Of a DNA stretch of 64,000 nucleotides, positions 22,201 through 30,240 are shown in pieces. The translations under genes and the position numbers were made by a program. The notes beneath the pieces are model-generated. The model had not been told where the DNA came from. It saw nothing but the letters and a program-made list of their open reading frames with translations, and did not search any database. This stretch comes from Hydrolagus colliei (Eukaryota), in assembly GCA_035084275.1 (NCBI GenBank), contig CM068746.1, forward strand, positions 34,038,001-34,102,000. Direction: 5' to 3'. The number at the start of each line of letters is the position of its first letter. Positions within the stretch are counted from its first letter, which is position 1.

Positions 22201-24987
22201 AAATGTCTCAATGATGTGATAAGGTACAGTATTATATCAAATGCAAGGGTTATTATCATTATCGCCAATTTCTTGAAGAGATCTCAGATCCCAATGGAAC
22301 TGTGGTTCGAAACCCACTGTAGTCTTTACAGCAACAGCCACAACTTACTTTTATATAGTGCCCTTCATAGAGGATAGTCTTGAATGCTGTACAGGCTCAA
22401 ATACTGAACTAGGGAAAAGGGTGGGGAGGGACCATAGGGAAGGTCAAAGTGGTAGGTCTTCAGATGGGATATAAAGATCCATAAAGAGGGGGTGAGGTGG
22501 TGGGATAGAGGCAGATGGTTTGAGAGGTCTTTAGTGTTCAGCATAGGAATATAGGAACAAGAGAATTTGAATCAGAAGTTTGTGGGTTGAAGCCCCAATT
22601 GGAACTTGGTGAGGAAAACAGAATGCAGCCCAGTAGATGGGGTTTGATCATGGCACCACACAATACAGCAGTGTTTGGGCAATGTAACCTATGTACGACT
22701 AACTTGCTTGTTCAGAACCATGTTCTGTGATGGGCAAGTTCAAACGTCACAAATCAGTTCAACCTCTCGCTGTTGCTTGATACACAGTGGCCTTCCCGTG
22801 TAAGAGCCTGTCACGATAGTGGGGACAAACAGTGAGCATGGGGAGAGGGAAACGTGACTGTAGATGTGGTCAAAGAGATAGGGCTTTCAGATTGATGATG
22901 GGTGTGGGGGTGGAAAGATGGAGACGTCGAGTGAGGGACTTTCAGAGACTAGGGGTATAGAATGAGAAAACTTGTCAGCGATGACGGGGCGGAGATTGGG
23001 GTTGAGACGAGCAGCCGCAACAACAACTTGCACTTATGTAGTGGCCATCACGTGGGTTAGCATCTCAGAGCAAGTCTAACACAACAAGAGTTAACTTTGT
23101 TTTGTGCTTCTCTTAGGCTGAGGCCATTCACGTCAATCCTCTCTATCTGCTGATACCTACCACTCTGTGCACCTCCTTTGCTTTCCTCTTGCCTGTCTCC
23201 AATCCCCCGAACGCAATTGTGTTTGGATATGGCCACGTGACAATGATGGATATGGTGAGTTTCAGTTGTTCCAATGTCTGGTGGTGGAGTGAGCCGGAGG
23301 GATGAAGGAAGTGATCATACTCGAAGAGGAACCTCTTCAGTCGTGATTACCTAAAAGAAGGGAAGATGGGGTGGTGGGGGCTGGAGGGGGTGGTGGCAGG
23401 GGTTGTTGGGGCGGCAAGCCCAAGGGATTGAGGGAGAGTTCCAAAATTTCAGGCTGAATGCACGGCCGCCTATGGTGGATTGGAGGGGATAAGAACGAGG
23501 AGGAGCCAACCGAGCAGAGGCAGTGGGTTGTGAAGCAGGAGATGCCAGCGCTGGCAGGTATTTGTAGTCAAGTGAGATGGTTTATATTGCATGAGTGAGA
23601 ACTCAGCCAGAAAAATTAGTACTAATAAGGGTGTGTGTTTCCGTTCCGTGACTAACTCACCTGTTTTGGTTACATGCTCTGTATCTGCTGAGTCACAGTA
23701 TGTGACACCAGAAAACCATGGAAATTTATGGTGCTGATTGAAGATTGCAAAGAAAGATCTTCAGATTGTTTTGAAAATGGGGAGGGTGTGAGGTGGATAG
23801 ATTCTAAGCTGGAGATCCAGAGAGAAGGGGTGGAGTGGCTCCTGAATTATAGTGGGCAGGCTAGGGAGAGAGGGCATGAAGCAGGCTGAGCGAAGGGAGC
23901 AGCCAGCGTGATAAGATTTCAGGAGGTCAAAGAGATCACTCTCTCCAGGATTAGGTAAGTAGGATACATCCCTCCGGTGTACATTCCATTGTAAACACAG
24001 GGACACTTCCTCATGTGGCTGGTTTCCATGTGACAGACACCGACTGTGGACCTGGGTACTTGCTGAAGTTCTTTGCTTGACCAAAGATGTCAACCTGACT
24101 CAGTCAGTAGCACTCTCGACTGTGAAGCCCAAAGCCTTAGTTCGGGGGAATGTTACATTGTCAGAATTGTCATCCTTCAGATGAGACGTTATACCAAGGT
24201 TCTGTCTGCCTGTTTAGGTCTACCTTAAAGACCTCACTATTGAAAAAGAAAAGGACATTTGTCTTTCCTGGCCAGTCCCCCAGATAAAATTGGTCACTCA
24301 GTTCAATGACTGTTTGTAGGATGTTGCGAAGAGCCATTTGGCTGCCAAGTTCTCCAATAAAAAAACCGTCACAGTTTACTGTATCCCAGCGAAGCGCTTT
24401 GGGATGTCCTCCCGATGTGGAGGTGCTATATAAAAACGTAAGGTTGTATTTGGATTATAAATCGTTGTGTGCCTGTTCTGGTTTCAGGAAACGCAGTCTG
24501 GCTTTATGCCACAGGGATGGCAGGTCATTATAAATCAATTGTCTCCACCTTTAATGGAAAGTTCCCAGAGACTGCATTCAAAATGCAGCCCTGAGGTTTC
24601 CGCTGCTTACAATAATAAATATAAGCACTAATTAGAAATTATAACACCAATGCCTCTTTTCCACGCAACTCGTTCAGTGTGCAAATTGGCTGCTGGGTTT
24701 GCCTACAGAACACACAATCACTAAAAGTGAAACGCACTTTGTGAAGTCTTTCTGAGGTGAAAGGCGTCAAAAGTAAAGGTTAGGATTATTCTCATTGTTA
24801 TGAAGTATATGCGTTGATCCATCATGGATGTGCTGTTCTCCTTTAGGTGAAAGCTGGGCTGGGAGTGAACATCATCGGAGTTGCAGTTGTGATGCTTGGC
24901 ATCTCTACGTGGGCAGTGCCTTTGTTCAGCTTGGATGTCTATCCCTCATGGGCTCCCGACCTCAGCAACACAACGACTACCCCCTAA
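7198..24987 (+). CDS. slc13a1: Solute carrier family 13 member 1 (Na+/sulfate cotransporter NaS1), spliced CDS of 15 exons, 615 aa
   Basis: join(7198..7296,9834..9962,10532..10668,11105..11283,13189..13321,13922..13970,14453..14607,15562..15681,16975..17073,18014..18115,19419..19516,20872..20978,21676..21837,23117..23254,24847..24987) = 1848 nt, open frame ATG to TAA, all introns GT..AG. Contains YFKDFHLLLVGVICLATSIEKWNLH (SLC13A1-type), LSMWLSNTSTAAMVMPI and TEVASNPAT (the two SNT-type motifs), ITGTSTNLIF, LPVSNPPNAIVF and a C-terminal N-glycosylation sequon NTT. Confidence 0.93.
7355..7810 (-). mobile_element. Family A SINE, near full length, intron 1
   Basis: aataatccttgcatttgatac tail ... 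gactcagacggaagagctactggctgagccaggctgtc head. Confidence 0.8.
7930..9225 (+). mobile_element. CR1 LINE 3' fragment interrupted by a 915-bp insertion (CR1 parts 7930-8080 and 8996-9225)
   Basis: ctggggctttttcactagagaagagatgtttaagtgggga..attaggaggaattact // tcacaccgagggcagtgagattgtggaac..ttgggctgagtggcctgtttc; the two halves rejoin into the CR1 ORF2 end. Confidence 0.8.
8081..8995. mobile_element. Solo-LTR-like insertion (TG...CA, 4-bp TSD TACT)
   Basis: TACT(8077-8080)|TGTTGA...CTTCA|TACT(8996-8999); removal restores the contiguous CR1 sequence; AT-rich, non-coding. Confidence 0.7.
9834..9962 (+). CDS. slc13a1: slc13a1 exon 2 (ESECAYIVLVVAIFWLSEALPLAITGLIPALMFPLFGIIKAKD)
   Basis: tttttccag| acceptor, |gtgagt donor, 129 nt, EALPL motif. 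Confidence 0.96.
10532..10668 (+). CDS. slc13a1: slc13a1 exon 3 (VASSYFKDFHLLLVGVICLATSIEKWNLHRRIALRLVMMMGVDSG)
   Basis: gttttcag| acceptor, CG|gtgaga donor, 137 nt, EKWNLHRRIAL motif. Confidence 0.96.
10840..11072 (+). mobile_element. Degenerate L2 3' end in intron 3
   Basis: ttcaaaatttgtctcaaga..tttgactgtgccttcgg; tail gagacatcctcctaatgtgaaagac..(ttg)n. Confidence 0.65.
11105..11283 (+). CDS. slc13a1: slc13a1 exon 4 (LMMGFMLSCAFLSMWLSNTSTAAMVMPIVEAVTQQIVNAETEAEALQENGVSNSGFELN)
   Basis: ctcctag| acceptor, G|gtaaaa donor, 179 nt, first SNT motif. Confidence 0.95.
11340..11765 (-). mobile_element. Degenerate L2 fragment in intron 4
   Basis: Reverse-strand similarity to the 5272-6338 element (LTLTYK, gcaacagagttttgga). 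Confidence 0.55.
13051..13140 (+). pseudogene. Decayed duplicate of the slc13a1 exon 7 3' end plus intron 7 start
   Basis: Aligns to 14575-14664 with about 10 differences in 90 nt; donor ac|gtaagc changed to ac|gcaaga. Confidence 0.85.
13189..13321 (+). CDS. slc13a1: slc13a1 exon 5, charged loop (EKEDKMKNEEGREGQEQKKNDQAEKDPPDGKKLDTVKQERQDLE)
   Basis: Pyrimidine tract + tttttgactaaag| acceptor, AA|gtaatg donor; 133 nt, phase 1 in / phase 2 out as needed to join exons 4 and 6; purine-rich open frame. No motif-level homology, so less certain. Confidence 0.72.
13922..13970 (+). CDS. slc13a1: slc13a1 exon 6 (CCNNVDVHSYRIEPEE)
   Basis: ttttatcactcag| acceptor, GAG|gtatgt donor, 49 nt, restores phase 0 for exon 7. 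Confidence 0.78.
14453..14607 (+). CDS. slc13a1: slc13a1 exon 7 (AAKQKVTKYKNKKDHKLCKAMCLCVAYSSTIGGLCTITGTSTNLIFIEQFN)
   Basis: catgtcag| acceptor, AC|gtaagc donor, 155 nt, AYSSTIGG..TGTSTNL motif. Confidence 0.95.
14872..15410 (-). mobile_element. Degenerate L2 fragment in intron 7
   Basis: Tail motif near 14885-14930 and ggccttgaaggcgaggacgagtattttgaactc matching L2 ORF2. Confidence 0.7.
15562..15681 (+). CDS. slc13a1: slc13a1 exon 8 (RYPESNDVNFGSWFVLVFPMSLIILILSWVWLHIMFCGF)
   Basis: ttttgtcgtag| acceptor, AA|gtaagt donor, 120 nt, NFGSWF motif. Confidence 0.95.
15895..16150. mobile_element. CR1 fragments in intron 8 (short + strand tail followed by - strand ORF2 piece)
   Basis: gatgggccaaatggcctccctttgtgctgaacaattctatgattctat (+ tail); HNCRTRGRLFRVIK (-). 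Confidence 0.65.
16251..16615 (+). mobile_element. tRNA-derived SINE family B (CORE/Meta-like centre, same L2-type tail as family A), representative copy
   Basis: Head gtagcatagtggttaaagcac..ggatttgattcc; centre caagtttcc..cctctgtttacctaac..agtagga. Other copies (approx.): + 18225-18533, 19017-19340, 21324-21620, 21888-22262, 37780-38050, 38595-38860; - 40553-40710, 50700-50990. Confidence 0.72.
16975..17073 (+). CDS. slc13a1: slc13a1 exon 9 (FKRTLTCNKTMSNKENASMKVIQNEYKKLGAM)
   Basis: ccttgcag| acceptor, TG|gtaaga donor, 99 nt, EYKKLG motif. Confidence 0.93.
17130..17645 (+). mobile_element. L2 3' fragment in intron 9
   Basis: KLQIIENSAACVLSHTRLSKPITPILARLQWLPITQRIQLKFLILTFKA; tail at ~17590-17645. 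Confidence 0.88.
18014..18115 (+). CDS. slc13a1: slc13a1 exon 10 (YQEIITLILFCLMALLWFTREPGFFPGWASLFP)
   Basis: cctctcag| acceptor, GA|gtaagt donor, 102 nt, LWFTREPGF.PGW motif. Confidence 0.95.
19419..19516 (+). CDS. slc13a1: slc13a1 exon 11 (YDGYATDSSVALLVGLLFFILPAGKATSSPTK)
   Basis: cttcagcag| NAGNAG acceptor; ATDSSVALL..LLFFILPA motif; 3' end uncertain (weak donor A|gttgagt, see findings). Confidence 0.85.
20872..20978 (+). CDS. slc13a1: slc13a1 exon 12 (KGYDALITWSEFNEHVPWDIFLLVGGGFALAEGCE)
   Basis: tgttacag| acceptor, GAG|gtgagg donor, 107 nt, PWDI.LLVGGGFALA motif. Confidence 0.95.
21676..21837 (+). CDS. slc13a1: slc13a1 exon 13 (LSGLSVWVGSKLEPLRSLPLLVIILISCLLVTTVTEVASNPATITIFLPILAPL)
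   Basis: tgttacag| acceptor, TTG|gtgagt donor, 162 nt, TEVASNPAT motif. Confidence 0.96.
23117..23254 (+). CDS. slc13a1: slc13a1 exon 14 (AEAIHVNPLYLLIPTTLCTSFAFLLPVSNPPNAIVFGYGHVTMMDM)
   Basis: ttctcttag| acceptor, ATG|gtgagt donor, 138 nt, SFAFLLPVSNPPNAIVF signature. Confidence 0.96.
24847..24987 (+). CDS. slc13a1: slc13a1 terminal coding exon 15 (VKAGLGVNIIGVAVVMLGISTWAVPLFSLDVYPSWAPDLSNTTTTP*)
   Basis: ctcctttag| acceptor; VKAGLGVN and YPSWAP motifs; TAA at 24985-24987. Confidence 0.95.
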   Translation: MKAGLGVNIIGVAVVMLGISTWAVPLFSLDVYPSWAPDLSNTTTTP

Positions 24988-25429
24988 ACTGGGGAGCTGA
25001 GCACCCGGATGGGAGGCCTGTTACGGACTGTGTGCAACATGAACTGACTCGATTTGACCCACCGAGTTGGGACAGCATTCACCTCGCTGGCATGCGCAGA
25101 GTAACCGCTGGTAACTGAGGACATGCCAGGCCTCACTAAGATGGCGGGATAGGTAACCCTGACTCAGCCAGTGAAAACGCCAGATTGAATTCGCAAATGA
25201 GGGACATTGTTTGGACATTGCCAGGGTTTGTATCATGGAAGTCTCCTCTCCATAGAATCTTATACTGTATTGTGCATCAACAGTTCATTACACAGAGTTA
25301 TGCAGACTGTACAGCACACAAACTGGCCTTTGGTGTTTATAGTCCACATAGCCTTCCCGTCTACCCCTCTATTTCGTTGTTTTCCCCTTCCGTACACCCA
25401 TTTATTTTCCTGTTCTCTACCCCTAAATT

Positions 25430-25995
25430 CTTTCTCCACCACCCCTCCATTCTCCTCTCTACCCTTCTATCCCTCTTTTACCTCATGTCTGTATTGTTTC
25501 CTCTTAAATGTTTTGATGCTTTTGCTGCAACCATAGATTCTGGCAGTGAGTTCCACACTGTCTGAGTGAAGAAGTTCCTTCTAAATTTCCTATTAGATCT
25601 ATTACCGAGTCACTTATATTTATACCTTTTAGTTATGGACTCAGTAACTAATGGAAACAACCTATGAACGTATTATCCACCTTATCAAATACTTGATAAT
25701 CATATAACCCTCGACCCAGTCCCCTCTCAATCATCTCAACAGGATATTAAATGGGATTGAGAAAGTAAATCCAAATCAATATTTTAGATTGCACCGAAAG
25801 TAAAACAAGAGGACACAGGTTTAGAGTTGAAAAGGGCAATTTCAGGACAGACTGCAGGAAGATTTTCTTTATCCAGAGGGTAAAGAAAGACTGGAATAGG
25901 AAGGGTGGTTGAGACCAGGACACTGGGACTCATTTAAAAAGCAGCGTGATGTTTTGATGGAGAGAAGAGATCAGATGGGCTGAAGTGACTGCTAT
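25430..25995. mobile_element. Two oppositely oriented CR1 fragments in the probable slc13a1 3' UTR (-: ~25430-25740; +: ~25741-25995)
   Basis: gagttccacactgtctgagtgaagaagttcc (-); aaaacaagaggacacaggtttagagttgaaaagggcaatttcagg (+). Confidence 0.7.
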
Positions 25996-26137
25996 TCTCT
26001 AGATTATAATGTGAATAGCATTGCTTTTTCATTCTTTTTAAAAATGAGTCAGCAAATTTTTATATCAAAATATTTCTTGCAAGTTTCTTTACCAGTTTCT
26101 GAACCTGGTTTTATTGCCGCACAGAGGAGAACATTTG

Positions 26138-26245
26138 AATAAAAATACTGACCACCTCCCCACAAACATACATCCCAAGTTTCAAATGTTATAAAAACTA
26201 CCTTTATTTTTAAATAAACATTTTGCACTTTTGTTTGTCTTTAAA
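26138..26245 (+). terminator. Candidate slc13a1 polyadenylation region
   Basis: AATAAA at 26138-26143 and 26213-26218, the second followed by a T/GT-rich tract (ttttgcacttttgtttgtcttt), ~1.2 kb after the stop codon. Confidence 0.55.
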
Positions 26246-26302
26246 AGACCTTTGTCTCCAAATAGCAGCCATTCCTCGGCCTAGCTGTGTCTGGTGACTG
26301 GT

Positions 26303-26682
26303 GTTAGCCTAGCTCAGTTGTTAGCACTCTCGTCTCTGAGTCAGATTCAAACTCTTTATGGAGACTTTGAGCTCATAGTCTAGGCTAATGCCCCAGTGCA
26401 GTGCTAGAGATACATTGCATTGTCGGAAGTGCTGTCCTTCAAGTGAGATGTTGCTTGTTCAGGTAGACCTTAAAGATCCTGTGGCACCACTTGAACAGAG
26501 AAAGGAATTATTCCTAGTGTGCTGTCTTAAATCCTCCAGACAGAATCAATTATCACTTAATGGCTGTTTGTGGGACATTGCTATATGCAAATTGCCTGTC
26601 ATGTTCATCTAATGCAGCAAATCCTGTGAAGCTGTTTTGTATCTCCTCTCAATGTGAAAGGCTCTGTACCAAATGTGATTAT
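26303..26682 (+). mobile_element. Family A SINE
   Basis: gttagcctagctcagttgttagcactctcgtctctgagtcaga head; Deu-like core; L2-like tail. Confidence 0.8.
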
Positions 26683-26958
26683 GATTGAGACAATCTGGCT
26701 TCTAACCTATGCAGACCATACTTTCCTGCATCTTTTCTGTGCGCCTTGTGTCTGATACATGAGGAAGATCTAGTTTGGATACTCTATTGCATGGTGCTCG
26801 AATTCTGCTTATCATGGTGATGGATTTCCACATGTATTGGACACATGGCTAATCACTGATGAGAAGTTGATGAGTTTCAGCATGTTTCAGTGTCATGCAT
26901 TTTGTTGAATGGAATCGGGGAATTTCACAGTGCGGACAGAGGCCTTCAGCCTCCTTCA

Positions 26959-27021
26959 GCTGGTTCAGTGTCAGGGCTGGTTCAGTGTCAGGGCTGGTTC
27001 AGTGTCAGGGCTCGTTCAGTG
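26959..27021. repeat. Minisatellite, 17-bp unit gctggttcagtgtcagg x ~3.7
   Basis: Three identical units plus a partial variant unit. Confidence 0.9.
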
Positions 27022-27316
27022 CAGCTGCTGAAAAAAGAATAGCTACGTAGGACAAAGCTCCTTCTTCCTTGTCTCACCTGGCAACCCAAGGTAAGGGCCA
27101 CCACTAGGTAGAGACATATTAAAGATGCAGCTCTCTCATAGATTGTTGATGTAACAGTGCCGCATTGAGGTAATCAGAATCAGCTCATGCGTGTAGTAAC
27201 CAAAGACGGTCCCAGCCCACAAACAACCATCGAGTGGCTGGGAACATGCCGACTCACACGCACATAATTTTGATGTTGAAATAAAGCCAAAGAAGAGGTG
27301 TAGCTAAGCTATAATA

Positions 27317-27605
27317 TAGACAGAAATCACTGGGAACAGCAGATCAGACAGAATCTGTGGAGCAAGAGGAACGTGAGTTAAAGTTTCAGGTCAATAACCT
27401 TTCGTCAGAACTCAGAGTAAAAGGGAAAAAACAAAAGTCACGTCGAAGAGAAGAGCAGAACTTCAAGGTAATCATTCCTGGAAGAGAAGTGGGGGTGAAT
27501 TAAACATTAAACAAAACGCAAAATGCTGCAGATGCTGGAAATCTGAAATAGAAACGAAAGTCGCTGGAAACACATAGCAGGTCAAGCAGCATCTATGGAG
27601 AGATG
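27317..27605 (-). mobile_element. Two tandem Penelope-like pseudo-LTR fragments
   Basis: 27317-27413 and 27505-27605 both match the 35647-35858 arms (aatgctgcagatgctggaaatctgaaa..cagcaggtcaagcagcatctatggag). Confidence 0.7.
27375..27413 (-). ncRNA. Degenerate minimal hammerhead ribozyme motif
   Basis: Minus strand GAGUU-CUGACGA-A-AGGUU AUU GACCU-GAAAC-UUU-AACUC; stems I and II pair fully, but GUU is changed to UUU. Confidence 0.5.
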
Positions 27606-27702
27606 ACAGTGTGTGTAAAATGGGGTACTGCTGGAGTCTAACCAGCTGTTAGTTGGTCTGCAGAGAGAGTGGGTTGCAGATTTGATCATTACATTGCGGT
27701 TG

Positions 27703-27721
27703 TGCTCCACCAGAGGGCAAC
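27703..27721 (+). promoter_or_regulatory. CTCF-like motif
   Basis: tgctCCACCAGAGGGCAac matches the CTCF core CCACCAG(A/G)GGGC. Confidence 0.5.
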
Positions 27722-28234
27722 AAATATTCATTCTGCGGTTCGAAGCTGCAACCAGTCAGTGAAGCTGGTCTCAGCGTCCGACTGTCTGTGGGATCACATG
27801 ACTGTCCACATGCTCCCTCCTCAACATCCCATCTACGTTGGTCTTCCTGTAATTAATAAACAATAGGGTAGCGCTCTTATTTCTCAAATGATATCGCAGG
27901 ACCTTCATCGTCCGTCTGAACAGGCAGAGGCAGGAACTGGATTTCACATCTTACCAGAAGAACGGCACCTCCAACAATGTAGATCTCCCCACAGCAGTGC
28001 ACTGGAGTGTTAGCCTAGACTGTGAGCTCAAAGACCCAATGGAGGGGCTGAAACCCACAACCTTCTCTCTCAGAGGCGAGAGCGCTGCCTACTGAAGGCG
28101 GCTGCTGCTGACCTGGGTGCAATATTTGCCTACAAAATCCACAAACATTGCAATTAACAGTGAAACGTTTTGTGGTTGCTTCTGTTGGTGGTCTACGGAA
28201 GGAGTGGTTTTACGCAGTTTGACTCATGCCTTCT

Positions 28235-28268
28235 TGCAGTTACAGTCGCTCTCCACAGGAGGGCAGCA
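28235..28268 (+). promoter_or_regulatory. CTCF-like motif with upstream module
   Basis: TGCAGTTAC-agtcgctct-CCACAGGAGGGCAGCA. Confidence 0.4.
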
Positions 28269-28321
28269 AATGTCCATTCTGCAGCATTTAATAATAATAA
28301 TCCTTGCATTTGATACGCAAC

Positions 28322-29075
28322 ATCAACAATAAAATTACATTTGTATAGCGCCTTTCACGTTGGGAGGATGTCCCAAGGTGCTGGACAGTCAGTGTTTTGG
28401 ACCCACTGGGGGCTGGGATTGGGGAGGATGGAGGGCAGAGAGAAGAAGGATGATCGAAGGTACAGCCGAAGAGGAGAGTCTTGAGGAGGGTCTTGAAGGG
28501 GGCAAGGAAGGAGCCACAGGGGAGGGATTGTGGGATGGAGTTCTACAGGGTGGCTGGAAAGTGGCTGAAGGATCACCTGTAAATGGGCGGGTGAGGCTGT
28601 CAGCGCCTGAAGTGTAGAGGTGCTGATGGGAGCCAATCAGGAGGGCCTCGGTGGAAGTTGATTCCATGTCTGCGGATGATGTCACCAAGAGAGAGAGTAT
28701 AGATGTTGAAGAGAAGGGGACCCAAGGACAGAGCCCCGAGGAACACTGCACAAGATAGTGAGAGGGTGCTAGAGGAGAAATCATTCGTGGATATGAAGTG
28801 GTATAAGAGGTAGGAACGGAACCACTCAAGGACAAAACCATGAAGGTTGAGGTGAGAGGAGAGTGATGGATAAGAATAGAGTGGTCAACAGTGTCGAAGG
28901 TTGCAGAGAGGTCAAGGACGATGAGGAGGCAGAGGGAGCCCTGATCGCAGATAGACAGAACATAATTTGTCACATTGGACATTGGAGAGGAAAACAGGTT
29001 GGCAATGGCTCAATGGGTGATTGAGAGCAGGAATGTGTCCCGGGAAGGTTTATTAAGGATAGGAGTGATGACAAA
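28322..29075 (-). mobile_element. L2 fragment with internal deletions (RT region joined to 3' tail)
   Basis: ORF 28389..28982(-) has LLIVLDLSATFDTVDHSIL (RT motif) and TEALLIGSHQ; L2 tail at 28322-28400. Confidence 0.85.
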
Positions 29076-29829
29076 TGTTTTTGATGGTTCCAGTGCACAG
29101 TGTGGCTGGTTGTCCCATTGTGAGAGACACCACGTACCGACTCAGGATCAGATGGCAGGCGCAATCCAAGAGCGGGATTATGAAATATTGAAATGTCATT
29201 AATAACCTCTGAATATTTATTCTCTCCCAAATGCCAAGCAGTTCCCATATCATCGTGCTGCAGTTGACTCAGAGACCACGTAACTGCTTCTTTTGATGAT
29301 ATCAGGAAGCCTTGAACAATGGATGCTTTGATGTCGGGCAGAGACATTGAAATTCATTTTCTCTTTTCCCAAATGCACACAAATTGGCTGCCGCATTCAC
29401 CTGTGAAACACGCAGTTACTACACTTGTGAATCTTGTGTGGCGCTTTGGGATGTCCCTCTGAAGCGCTATCACACACAAGGAATTTTTTTTTGTTTGTTT
29501 AAGAAATTTGATTTCTGTTACAATTGCTCAGAAGGGGTGTCCGATCGACAACTTAATTGTAAAGCCATCTCGCAGGGTAAAAATGTTCAGATATTCAGAA
29601 GCAGCTGTGAGCAGTACATTTCAGAAGTTCATTTAATCGCTTCAGTTCTGTGGAATATTGGGGAAGGAGGTAAAATGTGACAACACACGATGAGCTTGAA
29701 TTCTGAGCGGTGATGTGTAACAGTCTGCATTTAAGCTGCACCTGAAGCTTTATGTGGGACCTTTGTGCTATGCTTAAATTAACAGTTCTGTAAACAATTG
29801 CTACAGTTTATAGTATACACTGATCTTGT

Positions 29830-30240
29830 GATAATTTCTGCATTTGATGCAATACCCATATAATATAAACTATCTCAGAGTGGTTACAGGACTTGCTGCA
29901 AAGTGCACTGACTATGGATTTTGTAGGTGAATTCAGCAGTCGATTTGCACACAGCAGTGCTGCATGAACAGTGAAAGTCCAATTTTATCTGGGGGAATGG
30001 TCAGCCAGGAATCTCCTTTCTGTTTTCGGATAGCGCTGCGGAGTCTTTAATGTCCTCCTGAACAGGGCGCAAATGGGGCCTCGGTCTCAATCTGGAGCAT
30101 GGCATCTCCAATAAAGGGGTTTTCCCCCAAGCTCCTCACTGGAGCGACAGCCTAGGCAATCAACTCACAACGTCCCCTGAGAAGGGTTTGAATCCACAAC
30201 CTTCTGACTCAGAGGTGAAAGTGCTGCGACTGAGCCAGAC
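29830..30240 (-). mobile_element. Family A SINE
   Basis: cacaaccttctgactcagaggtgaaagtgctgcgactgagccagac (head, reversed). Confidence 0.75.

Noticed and set aside
26959-27021. CRISPR-like direct repeats
   Set aside because: Head-to-tail units with no spacers, no cas genes, and a vertebrate context
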